Source: Eledone cirrhosa
Lineage: Eukaryota
Assembly: GCA_964016885.1 (NCBI GenBank)
Contig: OZ024752.1
Coordinates: 6,448,001 to 6,512,000, forward strand
DNA: 64,000 bases
Reading direction: 5' to 3'
Position numbers and translations under genes: made by a program. This document shows, piece after piece, positions 55,032-64,000 of the stretch. The notes under the pieces are model-generated. The model was not told the DNA's origin and searched no databases. It saw only the letters and a list, made by a program, of their open reading frames with translations. Each line of letters begins with the position of its first letter. Position 1 is the first letter of the stretch.

Positions 55032-55300
55032 CTTCCCATTATGGCTGCCCCTAAACCCCCCCCCCCTCCAAGCAAACAAGGGCTGGAAGGTCGCTTGTCA
55101 CAGTCCAACTAGTAACAGAACTACTATTTACCCAGACAGGATGTGAGGGGGGGGGGCACATCTCACTTACACAAACACAACACCACAACACAAAATTGAT
55201 ATGAATGTCTATCTAGATATATTTCACACATGTTACTGTCATTGGGGTGGGGGGAGCTGGAGGAGAGATAGGTAGGTAGATAGATAGATAGAGAGAGAGA

Positions 55301-55345
<45 letters not shown>

Positions 55346-55785
55346 TAGAGAGATAGTAAATTAACAGTTACTTCAGCAAACTTACTACATCAAAATAAAA
55401 TAAGTATTTATTAGAGCAAGATGGTTTTTACAGATAGATTCCTTTGCCGACACTTTTTGATTTATATAGAAAAATTGGCAGTACCAAGCAAACTTTCTAC
55501 TCTGGTGCCATTCTGAGGAACTAAGTGACTGTGGGGGAAAACAAACAACACTAACCCTAAATCTGACTACTGAACTGCTATTTTGTTTAACTAAGCTACT
55601 ATTTTTCTAAGATATTTTACAGCCTGTCTTTGGCATCTGAAGAGGAACTTAGCTCTAGACACCAACGTAGGGAGTTGGCTTCACAACCACATGGTTCGGG
55701 GTTCAGTCCCACTGTGTAACACCTTGGGTATCTCTTCTACTATAGCCTCATGTTCACTAATGATTTGTAAGTGAAATATTTAGCC

Positions 55786-56007
55786 CACACTGTAAAGTGG
55801 TTGTGCTGGTGCCACAATAAAATACACCCAGTACACTCTGTAAAGTGGTAGTGCTGGTTCCACAATAAAATACACCCAGTACACTCTGTAAAGTGGTAGT
55901 GCTGGTACCACAATAAAATACACCCAGTACACTCTGTAAAGTGGTTGTGCTGGTGCCACAATAAAATACACCCAGTACACTCTGTAAAGTGGTTGTGCTG
56001 GTGCCAC
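55786..56007. repeat. Tandem repeat (~4 copies, 48 bp) of a SINE/LINE tail segment
   Basis: cacccagtacactctgtaaagtggttgtgctggtgccacaataaaata repeated. Confidence 0.85.
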
Positions 56008-57085
56008 GATAAGCCCTAGATCACCTCAGATCCAGCAGACCTATTATCAAAGGTATTCCAGCCATGACAAACTCATGTTATGTATATCTAAGACTACATT
56101 CTCCAATGTGTACATTCTTCATTTACTTTTATTTAAATGGTTGGATATGATTTGAGGGAATTTAGCTACCATTTCTTACAGTTTTAGTGACTCCCTAGAG
56201 AGTGAGTGAAAGTGATAGTGGGAGAGAGAGATAAATAGACTGACAGTAAGAGAGAGAGAGAGAGCTATTAAATTCTATTTGGAGTTAAAATATTCACCTG
56301 GTCACCTTGACTTGGTCACTGTGACCTGGTCATTGCAACCTGGTCACTGATACAGTTCCATAGCGATAGTATTACTGACCAGTTCACAGAGTGTAATGAA
56401 AGGTTTTGACGAGGAAATAAATGAATAAGACACCCACAAACCTTTATTAAAGATAAAATAATAGTTTCTTATATAGGAACAAGGCCAGCAATTTTAGGGG
56501 AATGGAAGTCGATTAAATCAACCTCAGTGTATTACTGGTACTTTATTCTATCTGCCCCCGTAAGGATGAAAGGCAAAGTTAAATTGCTAATTTTTCTAGG
56601 TTGACTCTTAATTTTTTTAAAAACCAAAATGTTTACTGGAGATCAATTAATAAAATTGAATGTGGCAGTGGTGGGGGTTGGAAAAAAATCTGAAAAATTA
56701 ATTAGCAGGGGAGGAGGGGGGGGTCAATTATTCAAGACCTGTGTGTAAATTTATATATGTGTATATGAATGTGTATGTGAGTGAGTGAGTGTATATGTGT
56801 GTGAGGGTTTGTGTGTGTGAGTGTATGTGTGTATGTATGTGTATGTGTGTATGTATGTGTGTGTGTGTATGTGTGTGTGTGTGTACGTGTGTGTGTGTAT
56901 GTGTGTGTGTGTATGTGTGTGTGTGTACGTGTGTGTGTGTGTGTGTGAGTATGTGTGTGTGTGTATGTATATGTGTGTGTGTGTGTGTGTTAATGTTCAC
57001 TTTTACAGTTTGTTTTTGTCCCGTAATTTACTGCCTCAACAAAAACTAACCACTAAAGCAGGGACCAGACTTTAAAGTACACAAG

Positions 57086-57320
57086 TTGACCTCCATCCAA
57101 TCCAGGGCCTTCTCTCTCCTGTTGAAGGTACCCCTCCCTGGTTGACCTCCATCCAATCCAGGGCCTTCTCTCTCCTGTTGGAGGTACCCCTTCCTGGTTG
57201 ACCTCCATCCAATCCAGGGCCTTCTCTCTCTTGTTGAAGGTACCCCTCCCTGGTTGACCTCCATCCAATCCAGGTCCTTCTCTCTCCTGTTGGAGGTACC
57301 CCTTCCTGGTTGACCTCCAC
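57086..57320. repeat. ~56-bp tandem repeat (4 copies)
   Basis: gttgacctccatccaatccagggccttctctctcctgttgaaggtacccctccctg repeated. Confidence 0.9.
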
Positions 57321-57669
57321 TGCTTTGTTTAGTTTGGGTGATGTCAGGGGTGTAGCCATACTCACCACACTTGGTCAATTGTAGGTTAGTGAGGTTATTT
57401 AACCCATAGTTGGGGTGGATGGCTGTTGACTCTGGGGAGTTCACCCATCCTTGGGGTGATCTGACTCACTAAATCCCAGTGTCCCCACAAGACCCAGTTT
57501 AATGACTAAAACCAGTAAAAAAAATAATAAATAAAAATAACAGAAAGAGATAAAGTAAAGACAAATATTTTAAGGCAATTTTCTCATTAAAGTAGGGGGG
57601 GGGGGCTCTCTGACAAACTTCTCCCTTTTGCCCTATCACTTGTATCCCACCTCAGGCCTTCAATTCCTT

Positions 57670-57900
57670 TTCTTTCATCTTTTGCTATTCTTTCTTGGTC
57701 TTCCCCTTTCTCTACTTCCTTCCACATTCATTTCCATCACTCCTCTCACCCAGTCACTTCCATCCTTCCTCAACACATGACCCAACCATCTCACTCCATT
57801 TCTCTTCACAACATCCATCACAGGCTCTACTCCTCTCACCCAGTTATTTCCATCCTTCCTCAACACATGACCCAACCATCTCACCATGACATTCATCACT
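57670..57900 (-). mobile_element. RTE LINE C-terminal fragment with internal duplication
   Basis: RWLGHVLRKDG repeated twice, then MNVEGSRERGRPRK. Confidence 0.75.
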
Positions 57901-57979
57901 GGCTCTATTCACTTCAACCCAACAATAAACAGAAAAATATGCAGTAAAAATGGCAGTAATTTAATTTAAAGTGACTCAC

Positions 57980-59145
57980 CTGTGATCCCTCTTCAGTGCC
58001 ACCAATTATTCTAAATCCAAAGCCACTTTCTTGTCTCCTGAGAATAACCAGCATTTCCATGTGGCGTAAGCCTTCATCATAGTCTGGGAATCTGTTGGGG
58101 CTGCGTGGTGATTGGCTGCCGGGAAGGTGATGAAATGAGTTAGATGAAGGTGGTGGATAACGCTTGGGTATCCGTGTTAAATTGCTTGGTGTGGGCTCTT
58201 CATTTTCAAATGAAGTGCTCTGTCTGGTAGGGCGTACTGTACCGCTCCCGAGAGTTCCTTGTCCACCGACAAGATTTGGAGCGTAGTTATTGTTAGAGGA
58301 GGAATATGTCTTATCATAGGGGTAAGCTGGATTATCTAATGAGGACTCTCGCCGTAGAGGATGGATTGTACCATGATCTAGACTGCTATAGGCCCAGGCT
58401 TTATGAGCAAAAGCTTGTCTATGACCATTCATACCCCAAGTTGAACTGGGGGTATTTTGATAACGGGATGCTAACGGGAAATCTGAAGCACTTGTATGAT
58501 TGTGGTTGTTTGTTGGAAGAGGGGTTTTACTTCTCATATCCTGAGCAGTGGGAGTTTTTGGACGATTGGGTTCGTGGCGGGATTCGCCGGAGAGTGACCG
58601 GTTCATTAATTCTGGTCCTGGCGTCCTGCTCCGGAACTGTCCAGGCCTTATTCCTTCAGTCCGAGTACCGTAGTCGTAGCGATGAGAGCGATCATATTCT
58701 TGCTGAAAGCTTTGCATTGTGTTTTGTCTCTGTATGCCAATATCAGTTCGAAACCTATGATCAGTTCGCGACACAGTGTAGTCCTGACGGAAAGGGTCAG
58801 GGCGCGGTCCTGCAGGAGGACGTGTACTATACTCGTAACTCGGGAAATATTCCCGTTCAAACGATCTCTGTTCATTGTAACTCCAATTATCATCTGCGTT
58901 TGTCATGTAATCCTTGCGAATATCAAACTTTTTGGTGAAGTTACTGCTAAACGGCGGCCGTCCTATGGTAGCAGTCCGATTGCGGCTGTCAGTTTTCATA
59001 ACAGCGGTTCGTGTTGGGGTCTTTGGTCGTTGATCAGACAGATATTTTGTACGCTGATCACTGGAGGTAGGCGTTTTACGACTGTGAAAATCAACAGTTG
59101 GACTTTTTAATTGTCCTTCAGATTCCTCATCATCATCTTCACGGT
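57980..59145 (-). CDS. MAGI: MAGI-like scaffold, large internal exon (linker plus start of PDZ domain, PDZ3 in human MAGI numbering)
   Basis: Acceptor tttttcag|ACCGTG and donor CAG|gtgagt; 1166 nt, phase 1 to 0; ends in VILRRQESGFGFRIIGGTEEGSQ, a MAGI PDZ carboxylate-binding loop; repeated R[SP]KTP motifs in the linker. Confidence 0.92.
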
Positions 59146-60548
59146 CTGAAAAACAATAGAGACAAGAACAACAATTATGGCAATACATTCTTGGAGGGAA
59201 ATATTTGTTTTACTTATCAGCTGCGATACTTTGGAGAAGAAGAAGGAAAAAGAAGAAAAACAACACACACACACACACAGAGAAAGTGCCCCAGTTCCAA
59301 AAAAATGAGTCTGAAAAATATACGAACATTGTGTAATTCCATTGAAATAGTCTTGTTTGTAAGTGTATGTAGAGTTGTTTTTAATGGTAGCATATCGCTG
59401 AAGGATGTTGAAATAATATAACACATTGGTAAACATGATAGACAGAGGAGCTGGCAAAACATTCAGTCAAGTTACTGATGTGGCTTCTACAGTTTAACAA
59501 ACCTCTGCACGCACGTGGTGCATTTGTCAGGGTTGGTGGGTTGGGCTTCTGTTTGGGTTTCGCTATACATATGCATGTCTTCTAGTTGCGCTGCACCAAA
59601 GCAGAGAATTTATCCTTCAGACTCTTCTCATGTGGATTTCGCTTTCATCCAAAAAATTTTCACATACAATACCTTTCTATAGGAGGAGGGGGGGGGTGCT
59701 AAATAACACGGCAGAGAGAGAGAGAGAGAACACAAGGAAAAGTGCCAGGTGTGAAAGGAAGAGGAGGGGGGAGAGAGAGAGATAGAGGGGGGAGAGAGAG
59801 AGAGAGAGAGGGAATGTCAGTCAAATATATGTATGTGTGTGTAAACATATACACCCACACACCCATATATATATATATATATATACACACACATATATAT
59901 ATATATGCATACATACATATATGTTTATATATATATATATACACACACACACATATATATATCACATCTTATTAACAAGCAGGTCAGGCTGTTGGAAGGA
60001 AGCAGGTAAACCCAAGTGAAAAGCATAAAGTAAGTGATACAAACAAGAACCAATATGGCCCATACATGTTTAAGGAGGTAACACCACCTCTTTTCTTTAG
60101 AGATTCTAAAGCTCAGCTGTTAAACTGTTGGGTGTTAGCAGCAGAGATGAGGGGTGGGATGAGGGGTGACGGGGGGGGGGGGCTGTTTCTCTTGCTCTTG
60201 AACTGTTATTATAGATAAATAGATAGATAGAATGTCAAACACACGTGTCTATATATACACACACACATATATATATATATATACACATACATATATAGTA
60301 CTTAGATATACACACATATATATACACATACACACACATACACATATATAGTACTTAGATATACATACACATACACATATATAGTACTTAGATATACACA
60401 CACACATGTATATATACATACTTATAATACTACATATATGAATGAATTTATGTGTGTATGCATATATATATATATATATGTATGTATGTATGCATTTATA
60501 TTTATTATAAATAAATATATATATATTCATTCACATATGTATTAAACG

Positions 60549-60581
<33 letters not shown>

Positions 60582-61198
60582 TCACACATATAAATTCATT
60601 CATATATGTAGTATGATAAGTATGTGTATATATGTGTGTGTGTGTGTGTATATCTAAGTACTACATATGTGTATGTGTGTGTGTATGTGTGTATATCTAA
60701 GTACTATATATGTATGTGTATATATATATATGTATCTGTAAGTACTATATATGTATACATATGCGTGTATATGTAAGTACTATATATGTGCGTATATCCA
60801 AGTACTATATATGTATGTGTATATATATGTATCTGTGTATTTATATATATGTATGTATCTGTAAGTAGTATATGTGTATATATGTATGTATATGTAAATA
60901 CCATATATGTATGTATATGTATATATATATGTATATCTAAGTACTATATGTGTATATATGATTATATGTGTATATGTATATATGTATATATGTGTATATA
61001 TAATTATATGTATATATGTATATATGTGTATATATATATATACAAATGTATATATGTGTATATATATATGTATATATATGTGTATATATATATATATGTA
61101 TATATAAATGTATATATGTATATATGTGTATATATATATAAGTATATGTGTGTATATATATGTATATATATATGTATATGTGTATATATATATATATG

Positions 61199-61229
<31 letters not shown>

Positions 61230-61260
61230 GTGTATATAGGTATATATATATATATGTGTA

Positions 61261-61311
<51 letters not shown>

Positions 61312-61342
61312 GTGTATATAGGTATATATATATATATGTGTA

Positions 61343-61419
<77 letters not shown>

Positions 61420-61869
61420 GTGTATATATATGTGTATATGTATATATATATATATATATATGTTAGTAGTATGTGAGTTGGCAGTGATTGTGAGAAGATC
61501 TCTCACTGTTGATCTCCTAGGTAACAAGATCTGACAGCAACATCTGATTTGGGGCTTTCACCAGGGTCGTGCTGCCTTTTTCTCTAATTACATTTCACCT
61601 TTCCCCCTACAATACCTCATTTTGGGGCTTTAACAGGGTCCTCTTGTCTAATATTTCATCCCGCCCTCCCTCCTTACAATTGTTTACAGTTGTTGTGGCT
61701 ATTGTACCTAGCAATGTTGTAGTTGTTGTTGTTGTTGTTGTTTCTAGTTAGCAACAAACAAACAACTGTTTACATTTTAGTTCCCCTACTGCTAACCTAT
61801 ATACTCAAGGACTTTTCATGTATACTATATATATATGTGTGTCTGCATGTATATACATACATTCATATA

Positions 61870-61935
<66 letters not shown>

Positions 61936-62213
61936 TGTATATATATATATATATATGCATATATATATATGCATGTATATATATACATGCATATAAGCAT
62001 ATATATATATGCATGTGTATATATATATATATATATATGCATGTATATATATATATATATGCATATATATATATGCATGTATATATATATATGCATGTAT
62101 ATATATATGCATATATATATATGCATGTATATATATATATATATATATATGCATATATATATATATATGCATATATATATATGCATGTATATATATATAT
62201 ATATATATATATG

Positions 62214-63557
62214 CATCATCATCATCATCATCATCAGGTTTAGCGTCCGCGTTCCACGCTTGCATGGGTTTGGACGGGGGTTTTCCCACTTGAGGCAAGA
62301 GTGGTTGTCTTGCTCGCATAGGACTGTCTGGCGGGTTTTCTACAGTTGGATGCCCTTCCTAACACCAACCACATTTACAGTGTGGGGCTGGGAGGTTTTT
62401 ACCGTGTTGCCTACACGGCCACATTTACAGCGTGGACTGTGTGTTTTTTGTCGTGACACCTACACGATCTCATTTGTTTCGGCCTGGATGTTGTGGGACC
62501 AACATAACTTTACATTGAAAGGGGCGGTGTGGGTGGGGTGGAGGTGGTGGGACGGGGGGTGTGTTTTGATAGAGATGCCTACTGACTGTAGTAGGTTTTT
62601 ACTTTGTATTTAGGTAAGGCGGGTCTTCTCTATTACTGAGTACCGCCAAAGGTCTCGGTCCAGTGACATTGTCTTGGAGAGGTGTAAGCGTGTGAGGTCG
62701 GAATTTATCAGCTCGTCCCATGTTTTTCTGGGTCTGCCTACTCCGTGGCTACCGTCTATCTTTATTGCCCTGCACTTTGTTATACAGCTGTCGTCTTTCA
62801 TGCGCATCACGTGACCGTACCAACGTAGCCTTCTCTCGAGTAAACAACATCTGATCCCTCTTATTTCTAATTTTTTCCTTAGTTCGTTTATGCTTTGCCG
62901 TTCACGTATATTACTATTGCACATCCAGCGGAGCATGCAAGCTTCGTTCCTCTCTAGTCTGCGTATATCCTCTGCACACAATGCCCAGGTCTCACTGCCA
63001 TGCAGCATTGCTGTTCGTATGCAGGCATCGTATAACCTGCCTTTCATTTTTAGGGAGAACCCTCTAGCGGCTAATAGTGGTATAAGCTCTCTGAACTTTT
63101 TCCATCCAGTTCTGACTCTAGCTACTGTACTTTCAGAGCACCCTCCCCCACTGCTGATTTTGTCACCCAGATAACGGAAGCTGTCCACTATTTCTATAGA
63201 ACCCTCTGCGCAGTTGAAGGAGCTAGTATTTTGTGGGCACTTGCTGCTACTTATTGCACCAGAGCACCGGCCACATGTAAAATCTATGTTCTTAGTTAGC
63301 TTACCTGTGATCCCACTACATCTTTTATGCACTCATACTTTGCATTTGGGACATAAAATGGAGTTTCTACCTACTCCTTTCCTGCACACTGAGCATGGCC
63401 ATTTCCCAGAAGGGACCGCCGCCTTATTTTCTTTCCTACAAACTAGAACTTTGGTCTTAGCCAGGTTAATTTTAAGGCCTTTTGATTCTAGGCCGTGCTT
63501 CCATGTTTGGAATTTCTTCTCTAGTTCGGTCATTGATTCAGCTATGAGCGTTAGATC
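62214..63557 (-). mobile_element. 5'-truncated copy of the same RTE LINE family
   Basis: Begins at the last D of YADD (DLTLIAES); the 240-aa ORF differs from the 43.6-46.4 kb copy at about 8 residues by eye; same 3'UTR and (GAT)n tail. Confidence 0.95.
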
Positions 63558-63597
<40 letters not shown>

Positions 63598-63615
63598 GCA
63601 TATATATATATATGC

Positions 63616-63660
<45 letters not shown>

Positions 63661-63840
63661 TATATATATATGCATGTATATATATATATAAATATATATA
63701 TGCATGTATATATATATATATGCATGTATATATATATGCATATATATGCATGTATATATATATGCATATATATGCATGTATACCCTTGCAAGCAGGGAAA
63801 AGTGGACGTAAAATGAAATGATGAATGATGATGATGCATA

Positions 63841-63878
<38 letters not shown>

Positions 63879-63932
63879 TGTATATATATATATATACATA
63901 TATATGTATATATATATATATATATATATACA

Positions 63933-63974
<42 letters not shown>

Positions 63975-64000
63975 TGTATATGCCACAACAGGACAACCCG

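Noticed and set aside
58306-59110. Plus-strand ORFs of 210 and 142 aa
   Set aside because: Antisense shadows of the MAGI exon with no independent motifs

Overview
AT-rich, repeat-dense eukaryotic DNA, most likely an octopod cephalopod (inferred from the SINE and (TA)n landscape, not proven). The whole window appears to lie inside one minus-strand gene, a MAGI-family scaffold (membrane-associated guanylate kinase, WW and PDZ domains). I assembled seven phase-compatible GT-AG exons (59145-57980, 53409-53202, 35769-35641, 30029-29862, 10136-10102, 7834-7728, 4957-4888). They encode a long linker plus two PDZ domains. I found no exons for either end of the gene, so they probably lie outside the window. 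The introns hold: two young RTE-clade LINE copies in inverted orientation, a twin-primed LINE, R4/Dong-like and CR1 fragments, a DD37D (maT) Tc1/mariner element, two TTAA-flanked piggyBac-like MITE families, two tRNA-SINE families, and many micro- and minisatellites. Best leads: (1) several families of short fold-back elements carrying hammerhead-ribozyme cores, mostly inserted in (TA)n (Penelope/retrozyme-like); (2) minisatellites that have amplified splice signals of the host gene (a 5' splice site x7, a branch-point motif ~x70); (3) an inverted LINE pair bracketing two exons whose back-spliced circle would be 1374 nt = 458 codons with no stop; (4) orphan splice signals that may mark micro-exons. 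Most ORFs in the supplied track are repeat artefacts.
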